A stretch of DNA of 64,000 bases from NCBI RefSeq assembly GCF_009914755.1, contig NC_060926.1; one strand, written 5' to 3'. Below the pieces are notes generated by a model. That model was not told the origin of the DNA. It made no database searches and was given only the letters and a program-made list of their open reading frames with translations. Made by a program: the position numbers and the translations under genes. Of this stretch, positions 1-16,015 are shown in pieces. The DNA is from the human T2T-CHM13v2.0 reference genome, Homo sapiens. Position 1 is the first letter of the stretch; each line of letters starts with the position of its first letter.

Positions 1-1935
1 TTGTGAGTTAAAAGCCAAAGTCTAATATTGTTAAGTTAAATTAGAATTTTTTTTAATCCTCCTAATTTTCCATTCTGTCAGTTTAAACCAGATGACATCT
101 TGATGTCTCAGTAAGGTCAGGGTTTCTTAAGTAGTGGTTCCCTGGGATATCTCTCATGGGAATAAGTAACATACCTATAGGACTTCAACATTTGTAACAG
201 CAAGTCTCTGTTGTACTTAATTTTTTTTAAAAGTATTTTATTTAAGTGTAACATTCACATAAAACACTAAAAAAATCATAATTTTACAGTTCCATGAATG
301 TTCATAATGTTATCACATCTACATAACTACCACTCAGATTGAAAAATCAGATAGAGGCACTACTATCCTGATTTCTAATATGATAAATCAGTTTTGCCTA
401 TTTCTGAAATCTGTTTAACTGAAATAGTATAGTAGCTACTTTTTAATGTCTGACTTCTGTCATTCAGTATTATTTCATGAGATTCATTCATATAAATGTG
501 TGTAACAGTAGTTGATTCTTTTTCATTCACTTATAATAGTCATAATAATTGTATGACTATGTTACAATTTATTTATTTCTTCTCTTGTTATCAGGCATTT
601 GTGTTGTATCTAGTTTGAAGGTATTATAAATAAAGCTGCAATGAATGTTTTTGTATATGTCTTTGTACACAAATATTTATGCATTTCTATGGATGGAACT
701 GCTGGGCTAAGTCATGGACTATGAGTATTTCTTGCTTTAGTAGATACTACCAAAAAGTTTTCCAAGGTGGTTTCAATTTTCATTCCCACCAACAGTATGT
801 AAATGTTCTAGTACCCTATGGCCTCATCAACACTTGTTATCTTCGGTCTTTTTATTTTAGCTATTTTGTTGGGTTGTAGTGACATCCATTATCATTTTAA
901 TTTCCATTTTCCTCTTTCAAATTAAAAGGTTTGGAAGCTTTTCAGATAAATGTTTATCAAAATTTGGACATCTCCTTTTGCAAAGTGCCTACTGAAGTCT
1001 TCTGCCCATTTTTAAATGAAGTTATCAGTATTTTTTATTTTATATGTGTGATTTCTTAGTGTTTTCTATTTAATTAATTATGTCATCTGCAAATCATGAG
1101 AGTTGTATTTTATCCTTTCAAATTCTTGTACACATTATTCCTTTCTCTGTCCTTAATGCACTGGCTAGAACCTTAATACAAAATGGAATAGAAGTGATGA
1201 TGGTGATGATGGTGGGATCTTTGTTTCATTTCTGATCCCGGGGTATGGAGGGGATTTCCAATATTTCATCACTAAGAATAGTATTTGCTAAAGGATTTTG
1301 TTGTAATATACCTGTAAAGATTAAGGAAGTAATTTTATTACTCATTAAGAAATTAATTATTAAGGAGTCTGCCTTCTATTCTTAGTTTAGTTTGAGTTTT
1401 CTTATTGATGGATAATGAATATTACCAAATGTTCCTCTCTATTTATAGAGATGATTATATGATTTTTATTCTTTATTTTCTAAGTGTGATAGGTTACACT
1501 GATTTATTTTCAAAATTAAAACTTTCCTGTCTCCTTAAAAATAAACTGTAACTGGGTTGTATAATTATCATTTTTCAGTATTGCTAGATTTGGTTTGCAA
1601 TTATTTTAGCATTTTTACAACTATGTTAATGAGAGCTATGTCTGTAATTTTTATTCTTTAAAAAGGTCTTATCTAATGAATTTTATTGCTAGGATCACAG
1701 GGAAGTTAGGAGTAGAAGAGATATTCTAGGTAGCTCTATGTCATTCAAGATAAACCAATTCTGGATACTTAAAAAAGTTACAAGTGCTTAAACAAAAAGG
1801 ATGTCTTGCTTAGCTACTACTTTATTAACTACCCACTGGTAAACGTTTTAGCAGGTGTATTTGTAACCCTCCATTATTATAAAGTCCTTGTCAGGCTATA
1901 GTATCAAGGATATGAAGATTAAGCTGGACTCATAA

Positions 1936-2631
<696 letters not shown>

Positions 2632-2872
2632 AGATGAGCATTTTGTCTTCCCAAAATATTGAGTAGAATTTATACACAAAACTGTAAGTAATGTGGTTTC
2701 TTGTGGGAACATTTTAAAATTAAGATTCTTTATCCTGGTGGTGGCTTTGGTAAGTCACATTTTTCTAGGAATTTTTCTATTTAATTTAAGTACCTAAATT
2801 TATTGACAGAAATTTGTTCCTGATATGCTTTTTTTAAAAAAAAAATTTTAATGACTATGAGGTTTTTATTGA

Positions 2873-3376
<504 letters not shown>

Positions 3377-3391
3377 TAAAGAAAATATTCA

Positions 3392-3705
<314 letters not shown>

Positions 3706-3728
3706 GAAAATATTCCATTTTCTACTGA

Positions 3729-4097
<369 letters not shown>

Positions 4098-5625
4098 TAA
4101 TGTGTCTTTTTCTCTGGCTACTTTTAAGATTTTCTCTTTGCTTTGGGTTTTAAGCAGTTTGACTGTGGTGTGCCTAGTTGTGATTTTTCTTTGTGTTTAT
4201 ACTTCTTGGGATTCATAGTGTTTCCTGAATATAAAGCTTGATAGCTTTCAATAATTTTAGAAAATTTGACTAATAACTCTTCACATATTACCTCTATCCC
4301 ATTTTCCCTCCCCTCTCCATTTATGTATATGTATTTTTTCCTCCTTAACCACATGCTCTATATATGTCTCTTATGTTCTTTCCTGCATTTCCTATCATTT
4401 CTCCCCTCTGTTCTGTCTTGATGTTTTCCATTGTTCTTTATTCCAGTTCACACTCATCTCTTCCTGTGTCTAATCTACTATTAACACTTACCTTTCAGGT
4501 TTCTAATTTCAAATATTTTAGTGTTCAGTTCTAGAATTTCCACTTTTTTAATAGATTTCAGAGTTTTGATGAAATTCTCCATTTTGTTATCTCTTATTTA
4601 ACATTTTAGTCATTGTTTCATTAAAGTCTGTGTCTGATAACTTTAGTATGTAGATCACTTGTGGCTCTGTTTATATCATCTGTTCCTTTCCTTGGATTTG
4701 ATCATTTGGTTTTAGCAGGACTGGGTAATTTTGACTAGTGAATATTGCATTAAAAAAATTAGAAATGCTTTGAGGATCTACCCGATGTTATCTTCCTCCA
4801 AAAATGATTCATTTTTACTCTCTGACTAGCAATTGTGGTAGGGCAGATCATTTTAATTCAGTGTGTGATTGATTTGATTTAAAGTTGGGTTTCAGTCTTT
4901 GTAAGGGCTGTTCTATTTATTTCACACTGCTAGGATCAGCCTTCCATGGGCCTAACTCCTCTTTGGAAGTCCCTGAACTCCAATATATATTTCCTCGCAA
5001 TTATGAGGCTACTGAAAATCCTGCTTAGCTTCATAGCTCTTAGCTGACATTTCTGCTTGGATTTCTCCTTAGCCTTTTGGCCCTAAGCAATTTACAAACG
5101 AGCAGATGCCTGGAAAAAAAAGAGTGCTGCACAATGGCTGGATGAACTGAAGAAGCTTTCTTTCTCCCAGAAGTCTGGTACCTCCAAAAGATATCTGCTA
5201 GCCTTAGCTTCTACCTGGTACCTTCGATGTGTTTTAAAAATTTTGTCCACCCTTTCTAGTAAGACAATTAGTCTGCAGCAAGGTACTTTTTATTGTTACA
5301 GAAAGCAGAACCGACTTCTTGCCTCCTTTTTCAAGTTGCCAAAAAAATAGGAGAACTCAAAAGAGTATCATAGTTCTTTCTCCGTACCCATGAAATTCTG
5401 ATAATTGCCATTTCCTGCTTATAGAGCACATATTATAGGCAAAATTATATTACCAAAAACCAGTATTCAGTATTATAAAGAGCATAGCAAAAACTCATTG
5501 GTATCTGTAAGAAAAAGAATAGATCAAAGAAAATCTTGATTTCAGATTCTTTGGGATATCAACTCATCACTGCTGTTTTCTAGAACCCACAATCTTTAAA
5601 CTTTAACACAATTGGGGAATCTCTA

Positions 5626-5958
<333 letters not shown>

Positions 5959-6598
5959 TTATACACTTACAACTTTAGAGGGGAAAACCCACTTTGCATA
6001 ATAACTACTTAATCTCCATGTCCCCTTCAAGGTGTTTCTGGCACCCCAATACTAAATTGAGTGTGGGCCCTATCCAGTGAGTGGTGTTCACTCACGTTGG
6101 TAAGCAGGCATTGTCAGACTTCATCATAATGGCTGTTTCCAACATTTGTTGCTATTTATTTTTTTAAGTTCAGGAAGCCAGCCTCCCATGAAAGGGTTTT
6201 ATGTTGTCTCAAAATTGTTGCAGCTGGAAAATCACTCTCAGCAAACTCCTGAATTGAATTTTTGTTCTGAAGCCTGTTTCTCTAGATGGACTATATAGCT
6301 CCACCTATTATCATTCTGTTATTCTTTCAACCATTTATTTGTATATATGGCTAATTCCCCCGACTAGATCACATGTTTCCTTAAGGCAAGATTCATCGCC
6401 TTTTAGCAGGTGGTTAGTGAATTAATAATTGTTGGTCAACATTTCCAGCAGCTTTAACTGCTTTTGATTAGGAGTGGCAAGGGGCCTTAGAATTCATATA
6501 TCTCTAGATGCTTTTCATTGTTCTATGCTCTTAAGTGTGACACAACCAACAAAAGTAGAATGTAAAAGGTGACTCGGTTTTCTTTCTGTCGCTTAAAG

Positions 6599-6769
6599 TC
6601 TTCAGATGCTGATGGTCTTAGAAGCCTTAGTTCCATGTTACCTACAAAAGCTAAAGAGGCAGACATCACAGGTGGAGACAGTACCTGCTGCCCGAGAGGA
6701 GATTGCGGCCACTGCTGCTCTTGCGACGTCCCTACAGGCCCTTTTGTACAGTGTAGAGGTCCTCACCAG
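6599..6769 (+). CDS. UNC80: UNC80 internal coding exon (171 nt, phase 2-2): (S)LQMLMVLEALVPCYLQKLKRQTSQVETVPAAREEIAATAALATSLQALLYSVEVLT(R)
   Basis: Acceptor tctttctgtcgcttaaag, donor AG|gtaatc; the translation is recognised as UNC80 and is in frame with the next exon. Confidence 0.92.
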
Positions 6770-8185
6770 GTAATCCCATTGGCAGAAATAGCTACAGCCT
6801 TACATCATATGTTTCCACTGAAAAAAAAAAAATAAGAAAAAAATGTGATGGATAAAAATCTAAAACCCAATCTTTATTTACAGATACCTCCTAAACTCAG
6901 CCCTTTATGCCTTATAACTGTGAACAGTTCGTGAGTTATTTGAATAAATAATGTTAAGCATTCTGATTAGTAGTAGTATAATAATAGTAATAATATTCTT
7001 ACTATCATTGCTAAACACACATTTGCATATAGCTTGCTGAGCTTCTCCAGCAGTTATAACCCAGTGGTAAACACATCTTGTGTAAGAGGGCCAATTTAGT
7101 GAATTTAAAGATGTAATCTACATTTTTATTAGTTATTATAGTATTTTATGAGACATGGAATGCCTACAATTCCAACTAAGTATTCTTTTATTATTTTACT
7201 GTTTGTGAAGTGTTGTGTTTTTAACTATAATTTCAGAAACTACATAACCAATATAAACAGCAGAATGTTATCCTACTGCTTGAATTAATAGATTCTCTGT
7301 GGGACAGGATTAAATAATGCGGAGAGAGGATTGAGAAATTTGGGAATGGTAAGGTAAATTGGCACCAGAGTTCAGCCCTAAACAAAGTTCAAGCAGTTAG
7401 TCCTGTCGCAAGATGCTTGGGTGCCGAAGCAGAGTCACTAAGCTGCCATGTGGCAGGAAAGGGGCAGGCAGGGAGCCCTGGATGAGACAAAAAAATAAAA
7501 TGCAAGTGGGGAAGGTGGATGCAGGACACTATGCGTATGATGGGCTTTTCTGCTCTGTTCCCATCTAAATTAGCTGCCAGGAAATATTCTTCCCCAGGAT
7601 AGGGATGGGGAAGCCTTCTTCCTGGGTTTAGTGTCTTTGCTCCTCCATTCCATTCTGCCATGCTGTGTGTCCAATCTAAAGTGCCAGATCCTTAGTGTGA
7701 AATTGTCTACGCCTCCACCAAAAGGCACCAACTCCCCCAGCCCCATCTTGCTGTGCTGGTAAGGGGGAAGCCCTTTAGTCCAGGAAGGACTTTTTCAGCA
7801 TGCATCAGCAAGAAAAAGAGAGAGTGGGATTGTAATTCATTAGCAGCAACAGATGTTTAGTTTCTAATCATGAGCTACATTGCCAAACTAGGCAAGCAGA
7901 ATATTGCCCAAAAGCCTTCTGTAGACTATCATCCTGAAATGTTCATATGCACCTAAACTAAGGAAATGGGAAGAGTTGGCACAGACAGCCATGACAAATT
8001 ATCTCTTCCAAGGAGAAATAGTTTTCTATGCTATTGCTGATGGTTTCATGAAAGTCCCAGAAGAATATCCTAAAGAGAAATGAAAGACTTACACTCTTCC
8101 TTCTGTACCCATCTGGTTATGTCACTGGCCTTTTCCTACAACTAGAAGAAAGAAAAGCAGTCAATTGTTCCCAAATGCCACTGTA

Positions 8186-8540
<355 letters not shown>

Positions 8541-8899
8541 TATTTCTCCTCATATTACGTAATGTTAAAGCTTTCCTCATTTCTATACCTTTTTATAAGG
8601 ATAAGTCAATTAACTTATCCAAAATTGACTTACTCGAAGTGTCACAAAGAGTTATGGATGGAGCTCTGGCATTTAAAATTATGTGGCTTTAAATATTCCA
8701 GTGCATTTAATATTCTTTTGGCAGAGAAGACTAGCTTCATTATTTGGTAGTAGTTACTCAAACCAAAATTGGCTTCACTGTATTTACAAAAAGAAGATAA
8801 GAATTCCCTAATTTCTAATTTCTCCACATTCCTAGTTTCTTTATCTTATGACAAAAGAAATTTAACAATTATATAAGTAGTATTACATAAATATATCAC

Positions 8900-9575
8900 A
8901 AGTGCATTAGTTTTAACTGTTGTATAACACATTACTACAAACTTAGAGCCTTTAAACAAAACCCATTTATTATCTCACAGTTGTGTAGGCCAGGAGTCCA
9001 GGTAGGCTCAGCTGGATTCTCTGCTCAGGGTTTCTCAAGGTGGAAGTCAAGTTGTCAGCTAGTCTGAACTTTTATCTGAAGGCACTGGGGAAGAATGAAC
9101 TTCCAAGCTCATTCAATTTTTTGGCAGAATCTAGTTCCATGCGGCTTTAGGTCTGAGGTCCCATTTCCTGGCTGGCTGTCAGCCAGGCACCACTCTGCAT
9201 TGAGAAGGCACCTGCATTTCTTCTCACATGCTCCCCCTCTACCTTCCAACCAGCAATAGCATCTTGAATCCTTTTTTTTTTAAATTTTTTAATTTTTTTT
9301 AAATTATACTTTAAGTTTTAGGGTACATGTGCACATTGTGCAGGTTAGTTACATATGTATACATGTGCAGCGCACCAGCATAGCATCTTGAATCCTTATG
9401 CTTCAAATCTCTCTGCCCTAGCCAGAGAAGACTCTCTGCTTTTGAAGGGCTGGTGTGACTAGATTAGGCCTATGCAGATACTCCCCCTTTTTGCCGTATA
9501 ATGTAACATAATCACTAGAGTAACACCAACGGGCAAAGATACTGGGAGCCATCTCTAAATTGTGTCTATCACAAC
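8900..9575 (-). mobile_element. MLT1-type MaLR LTR interrupted by a short L1
   Basis: MLT1-like phrases (atttattatctcacagtt...; gactagattaggcc...); subfamily uncertain. Confidence 0.7.
9274..9381 (-). mobile_element. Very short young L1PA 3' end with a 5' inversion
   Basis: ttatactttaagttttagggtacatgtgcacattgtgcagg... is the L1 3' terminus in antisense; TSD AGCATCTTGAATCCTT at 9258-9273 and 9382-9397. Confidence 0.9.
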
Positions 9576-10353
9576 AGGCACAGGAAGAGGAGATCTGGTG
9601 TGATCGTTAAAAGCTTACTTTCTAGCCATCCCCAGCAGACAGAAAGTGAGCAACAAAGAAGCAAACCTTGATGATTTCATAAAAGCAGTTGCTTTAAAAA
9701 AAACTGCATTATGCCTTTTTCGTCCTAGATGCCAATACAGAGGCAAATTTTACCTATTATTTGAAGTAAATCTGGCAGATATAAAATGAGATGATTCAAA
9801 TCTATTACTAACGATCTAAATTACTGACTTATAAGATACTAACTTACTCACTTTCCTGGGTAGCCTTAGGTGTGATGTGACTAGGAGAATTCTTTTATTC
9901 TTTGATAGTTTCTCAGAAAAAATAGAGTAGTTGATAATGGTGTAGGTGGCCAAAGTGGTACATACATCCTTGCCTTTTACTTATTATCTAGAATGGTGAA
10001 CTACCCAGTAGAACTGAAGAATGAGCTCTTTACTCTCAACTGGTACAGACTTAGAAGTCTGTAGATATTTCATAAATGTCTTGTTGGAAGAGTCATTTTG
10101 ACGAGTCTATTACTCAGAACAAAGAAGTGGAAGAACTTAAATCATGATGAGCTTATAAACCCCTGGGAATCAATGTTCTTTTAAAGTGCCTCTCAGAACA
10201 AACAGAAAAGCCCAAAGCTAGACAGCCTGTCTTTTGAAGACTCTAAAACTAACTTAAAACTTATGTGTGCTTCAGTAACTTGAGGATTTAATAAATGTTT
10301 CCATTTCTGTTGTTGTTGTTGTTTTGCTGTGGTGATTACTGTCATTGTTACAG

Positions 10354-10446
10354 GCCCATGACAGCCCCACAGATGAGCAGGTGTGACCAAGGTCATAAGG
10401 GAACCACCACAGCCAATCACACCATGTCGTCTGGGGTGAACACCAG
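10354..10446 (+). CDS. UNC80: UNC80 coding exon (93 nt, phase 2-2): PMTAPQMSRCDQGHKGTTTANHTMSSGVNT(R)
   Basis: Acceptor gtcattgttacag, donor AG|gtaatt; frame continuous. Confidence 0.93.
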
Positions 10447-11828
10447 GTAATTCACTGCGCCTTATTCTTCTATGGTCTCTCAATTTCATACAACCCGAAT
10501 GTCAGCTGTTGAGAATGAAAGGAACCCTGAACATAGTCAATATTGAGTGTGAAAACCTCCAAGGAAAAGAAAAGAAGGTGAGAGTTTAGAGTTACAAGAA
10601 AATACCAAGGCTTCTTTTGAAATTGTCAAAGAGAAATCTAAACCAACTTCATAAATAGGCATTTGTGTTGTTTTGTTTGCTTGAGCATTCTAGATGTTCT
10701 CTGCCTCCTGGGTGGTCTTTGAACTATTCCAGTGTTGTTTCATTTACCTTCAACAAAAGGCAAATAAACAATAATAATCAGGAGGTGGTTTATCATTCCC
10801 AGGGCACTCAGAGTCAACTTACTTTCATCTGGACAGATTTTCTGCAGACATTTCATCCAAACTTTGACATATGCCCTCAAATGGTGCTTTTCATGGTTGT
10901 TAACTTAATCTCCTTCTCTTGTTGTGGTGTAACTCAGATACTGGCTATACTAGTTAATATTTTACCCGTTTCATTCCATCTGTGTTAGCTTTAAATATTC
11001 CGACATACACAAAAAGCCTAATTAGCTTCCTCCTACAAGGAAGATTTAAGATAGGGCAAACCCAAAATCAGCTTAAGAAAAAGTTCTTTTCCCAGTATGG
11101 AATAGTTGGCCTGGAAATCATAAGGAGAAATTCAATAATTTTTCACTCTCTCTGAAGCCTATTTTTAAGTGTGTATCATTATTCATGTAAAGTTAATTCC
11201 CTGCTCATCATATATATTCATATTAAAAATAAAACAAAAATAAATTCCAAACCCAGCTATAAATTGCCTGGTGTGATGGTTAACTTATGCCTCAATTTCC
11301 TATATTAAGGGAAAATGATATACTATAGCTTAAGTGATATTTAGGGACTTCTCTAGGCTCACTGGATTAAATGAGGGCTTCTAAAGAAGAAAGAGGGCTT
11401 CTAAAGTCTTAGTATCCATGAATCATAAAGCAATAAGTCTCCAGAACTGAAAGGAAGTCAGCCATGATTCTCCTTCCTGTCACTTAAGACAGAGCACATG
11501 GTATTAAAACTATAACTTAAATTTCAAAATGTCCAAAAATTTCTCTCATTTGGCTATATTCTATGAGTTTGTATATATTTTTATAATAGTTGTCTTTACC
11601 CAAATCACGCAACAATAAAACAACTTTTGCAGCAGCTATAATTGCAATATATGTGTTAGCCAAATGAAAGATAAAGCCTTTATGTTTTAGGAGTAATATA
11701 TGTATATTTGTGAGCTTATCAAAATGTATAGCTTCAAGGGCTTTTCATATGAAAGTCGATAAGAAGCCCCAACCAAAGGACCCCGTTCTTGCTCTAATAG
11801 TTATGTAGACTGTTTTTCTGACTCCCAG

Positions 11829-11864
11829 GTACCAGGAACAAGGAGCCAAACTGCACTTTATCAG
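11829..11864 (+). CDS. UNC80: UNC80 small coding exon (36 nt, phase 2-2): YQEQGAKLHFI(R)
   Basis: Acceptor tttttctgactcccag, donor AG|gtacag; symmetric and consistent with the recalled UNC80 sequence. Confidence 0.88.
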
Positions 11865-12198
11865 GTACAGAAAGACTTGCTCTAATTTCATACCAGTTCT
11901 GACATCTTGAGATGATTGCCTTTTAAGCTGGTTTATGGCTCTATTAGATTTCATTTGATGCATAACATACTATTTCTGGGTAAACCCCCAAAAGTGGGTT
12001 TACTACAGTTTGGGATGACAGTCTCTTCTAGGCTGCTAAGCTTTCTTTATCCTTCGGATGAGGTTCTCCTTGGCCTCACCCTACTGATTCATTAACTCAT
12101 TAGGAATCTTATATTTTTCTTCAGTGTGATACCCTCTTCTCACAGCTGCTACATGAATACATTTTCAGACCCCTAGTTAATCTTTCACAATTTCCCAG

Positions 12199-12417
12199 GG
12201 AAAACCTTCATTTACTGGAGGAAGGGCAAGGCATTCCCAGAGAGGAACTGGATGAACGAATTGCTCGGGAAGAGTTCAGAAGACCCCGGGAGTCCTTACT
12301 GAATATTTGCACTGAGTTCTATAAGCACTGTGGGCCACGGCTGAAGATCTTGCAAAATCTGGCTGGGGAGCCTCGGGTCATTGCCTTGGAACTGCTGGAT
12401 GTGAAGTCTCACATGAG
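12199..12417 (+). CDS. UNC80: UNC80 coding exon (219 nt): ENLHLLEEGQGIPREELDERIAREEFRRPRESLLNICTEFYKHCGPRLKILQNLAGEPRVIALELLDVKSHM(R)
   Basis: Acceptor tctttcacaatttcccag, donor AG|gtactg; overlaps ORF 12350..12532. Confidence 0.95.
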
Positions 12418-13771
12418 GTACTGGCCTCGCTTTCCCTGCCCCAAGTGTGAACACAGCTTGGCCCATGTGTCTGAATGTGTGTGTTGGGTTGAGAGTGGGG
12501 GTTCTCCAGGAAAAACTCTTAATATAGAATGATTTGTTTCCGGTGACTTAGGTACACATCATACAGAACCCTCTGCTAAAGTGTGCATTAAGTCCATCAA
12601 ACAGGATCTTAGCGTGGACAAGGGGAAAATGTTCTTAAGATAGAAAAGCACAGTTTATATATGTGCTTCTCAATAAAAGAGAAAGAAAGGGAAATTTTAT
12701 CACCTGAATTCTTAGAAAAGTAGCCTTCTTCTCACTACTATTTACTGCCCAGATTCGAATTTTTCACAAGAATTGAATGTTTCTTCTCTGTTATTTTACA
12801 TGAGGAATGCACAACTACTTTCTGCTTCTAGGGTCCCTAAAAAGCCAGTAATGAGCCCTGCAGGGAAGTAAGCAGTTTTAACTCAGCCAACTTGGCTTGG
12901 GCCTGAAATCCCCTTTATATAAACAGCCTTCCAACCGTTAAAAAAATGTGTCCTGGTAAAAATTCTGAACTAGATGAGGCCAGTCGTCATTTACATGTTT
13001 TACTCTTAGTGTGCTAGGGAAAGGCCCCAGAATTACTTCCCTGTGCACTCGTATTTCGTCTTCCTACAGAGATGCCATTTCACTTGAAATTCATGCTAAA
13101 GGCCGTATTTGTGTTTCAAAAGGAACGTGATTCCAGAGGACCTTCTATTCAGATTTGTAATTGTTTGTTAAGGGTGATAAAAATCCCTTCAAAGAAAAAT
13201 GTCATGGGTAACAAAAGATTCACTTGGAAATTTTAATGTATCTATAAAGGTAAAAGTAGAGTTAGGTTCAGCCACTTCCAAATAACGTTGCAATTTCACA
13301 AAACTCACAGTTTCCTGGTTATTGCCTTTTTTTAAATTTAGAAAGTACTAAATGGAGGAAAATGAGAAGACAGAAATGTACAGTGAGCATAGATTCTTTT
13401 TCTTCCAGTGTAATTTCACATTCTTTGAATTGTGGGCACACACCCAGTACTGCCCTGGAGAACCCCAGAGCCTCACTGGAGTTCACACTCCCTGCTGTGC
13501 AGTAATGGGGAAGAGCTTATTTCACACTGAGAAGTTCAGCTCCTAGATGGGAGCCTTCAGAGAAAGGGGAGGGACATTTGGAGTGTTAAGGTACTGCTGT
13601 CATAGCAACTTAGGAATCTATTCAGCCCCTCCACTTCCTTTCCCGCTGGTCTTCTCTAGCTGACCTAAGCAATTCTGTGAACAGAGAAACATCACATTCC
13701 CAGAGTCAGAAAATCATTATGACCAATGGCCATTTTGTGAGAGAAAGGGAAAAATATTCCTAAAAGATGGA

Positions 13772-13823
13772 TGTGTGTGTGTGTGTATGTGTGTGTGAGA
13801 GAGAGGGAGAGAGAGAGAGAGAG
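13772..13823. repeat. (GT)n(GA)n compound microsatellite
   Basis: Read directly. Confidence 0.9.
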
Positions 13824-14471
13824 ACTATGAGATAGTGACTGTCCCATAACCTGACTGTATTTATACTCTTCTTAGGGCATTTGGAGGGAGGGGACAGCAA
13901 GAGTCAGAGAGGCCTGGCGCTCCCTCTAGAGGCCAATACCTATTAAAGGTTAAATGAACTGGAAATGATTTAGCTCTGTGCCTGGCACAGATCTGGACAC
14001 AATAGATACTAATGCTAATGAGAATGGTTCAAATACTATGTTAAACACTGGGGATGTAAACTAAGGTCCTGGTCTTCAAGATTATCACGGTTCAATGCAA
14101 GAGGCACATAAGAAAATAACTATGATACAAAGTTGTAAGTACTATAATCACATTTACATTTATGTATTATTATATAAAGGATTTGAGGAAACTCAGAAAA
14201 TATTTGAAGGGAGAGTGTATACAAATTATAGAGTCAGGATAATGTGAAAGATTTTCAAGGAGTTAATTATTTTTATGATAAGATTAGCACGGGAAATCAA
14301 TATAAGATCATATTAGATATTATTCATGAACCATAAATTTGACTTTCTTAGTTATCAAAGCAAAGAATGAAAAAAAGATTAATTACAAAATCATAATATA
14401 AATAAGTTAAAAACAAAACAGTTGCTCGGTGAAACAATACTTTTTTAAAATACGAAGAACAAGAAAAATCT

Positions 14472-15114
14472 TGTAGGGGCCAAGGGAAAATTTCCCCTTC
14501 ACTCTCTGAAGGTTTGCTGAAAGTCAACTGATAAAAGGCAGATCATAATCAAAAAGCATGAAAATGTATTTGATCATAGTTTTACCTGACACAGGAGCCT
14601 TCAGGATGAAGACCCAAAAATACAGGGGAAGCTCTCCATTTTTGTTTAAGTTTAACAAAGTATGGATAGCCATGTATAAATATGACTGGACAAAAAGGGT
14701 ATGATCCCATTCTAATAGACCAAGTGAGGAAACCCAGCATGGCCTGTATGTTTGGATTCTTCTTGGCCTCTCTGGTTAGCATTCCTTCCTTCTGGGAATG
14801 GGGCAAGACCCTTTCTGGAAAGGGGGCGTTGTTATGACCTACAATCAAACAAGATGGGTCAGGTAATTTCTTTATGGCTAGTTTTTACACAGAAAGATGG
14901 GGGAAATTTAGTGTAATATTTTTAAGTTTTATGGCTGGCTTCAGGAAAAAAGGTTCTGGTTTCAATGACTTGCTTTGAGGAAAAGGGTCTCCAGTTTCCA
15001 TGGCTAGCCTTGGAAAAGAATGAGAGGCCACAGAGAGGAGGGCAGGAGAAGATCAGTGAAAAACCTTGGCTTCTGAGGTCTTCATTTTGGCGTATTGCTT
15101 TCTGAGCTTCAACA
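14472..15114 (-). mobile_element. MER39-like ERV1 solo LTR
   Basis: tgtaggggccaagggaaaa...ttctgagcttcaaca with TG...CA termini; flanks ATCT/GTCT; paralogous to 54058-54669. Confidence 0.8.
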
Positions 15115-15907
15115 GTCTCCTGGTTGGTGTTTGTTAAAAGGGAAGAGTAGTATGATGAACAGAGTCCTCAACAACATCCCCATAGTAGATAAAGTGCTGG
15201 TTGTACATGGCTGGATGCCTGTTAGTATATAAAGTTGGCACAATGTCATAATGCAGTTCAGCAAGAGCAATTGATCTGAAGCCAGGATAATGTCATTCAA
15301 GAGCACAGCTATTTCATGGCCTGGATCAATAGGAGGGCAACATTTTTATTGCTCAGGGAATATTTAGACTAAATGCCCTTTATTAACGCAATTTCTCACA
15401 ACAAGCTTTTGAAAAAGACAGGCCTGCCATAGTCTCTGACCAAATAGAGACATTCTGTGTTGCTGATTAGGGGCAGATCCAGATGCTTTGAACTTATACT
15501 AAGCAAAGGATGTAATTAAGGCTCTCCTATAAGTTAAGTGCGCACTTGAATATGTGTAAAAGTTGGAGCTTAATATATAAATTTGCGAATTGAGGGTAGT
15601 ATTAAATCGTTCTTAAATTATAAGAATAGATAATGTCACCCAAGGATGAAAAGTTGATTTTTAAAAAGAGAAAGAGAAATGGGATGATATAAAAAATGCA
15701 AATGTTTGCCAAAATAATTTGAATCAAACCAACAAGTTAAGAAACATTGCTAAGGCAATCTATACTTCTGAATTTGCAGAATGTATGGTTGATTACAAGG
15801 CTCTTGAAGAAAATATTCTTGATTAGAGTCTCTGCCCTACAGAAATGTATTGCTTCATTTGTCCAACCCAGTGCTGCCAAAGCAGCTGGATAATAGAATC
15901 TGCAAAT

Positions 15908-16015
15908 TCTCTCTCTTTTTCTCTCTCTTTCTCTGTCTGTCTCTCTCTCGTGTGTGGTCTCTATCTCTCTCATTCTCTTTCTCTCTTTCTCTTTTCCTCT
16001 CTCCCTCACCCTCTC
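15908..16015. repeat. CT-rich low-complexity tract
   Basis: Read directly. Confidence 0.85.

Noticed and set aside
6569-6835. ORF 6569..6835 over the first exon
   Set aside because: It is an off-frame reading of the UNC80 exon; the true frame is LQMLMVLEAL...
11382-11406. 14-bp direct repeat GAGGGCTTCTAAAG twice
   Set aside because: Ordinary short intronic duplication with no functional cue
13070-13200. Possible intronic snoRNA
   Set aside because: I could not identify convincing C/D boxes with a terminal stem or an H/ACA two-hairpin layout; the cryptic-exon reading fits better
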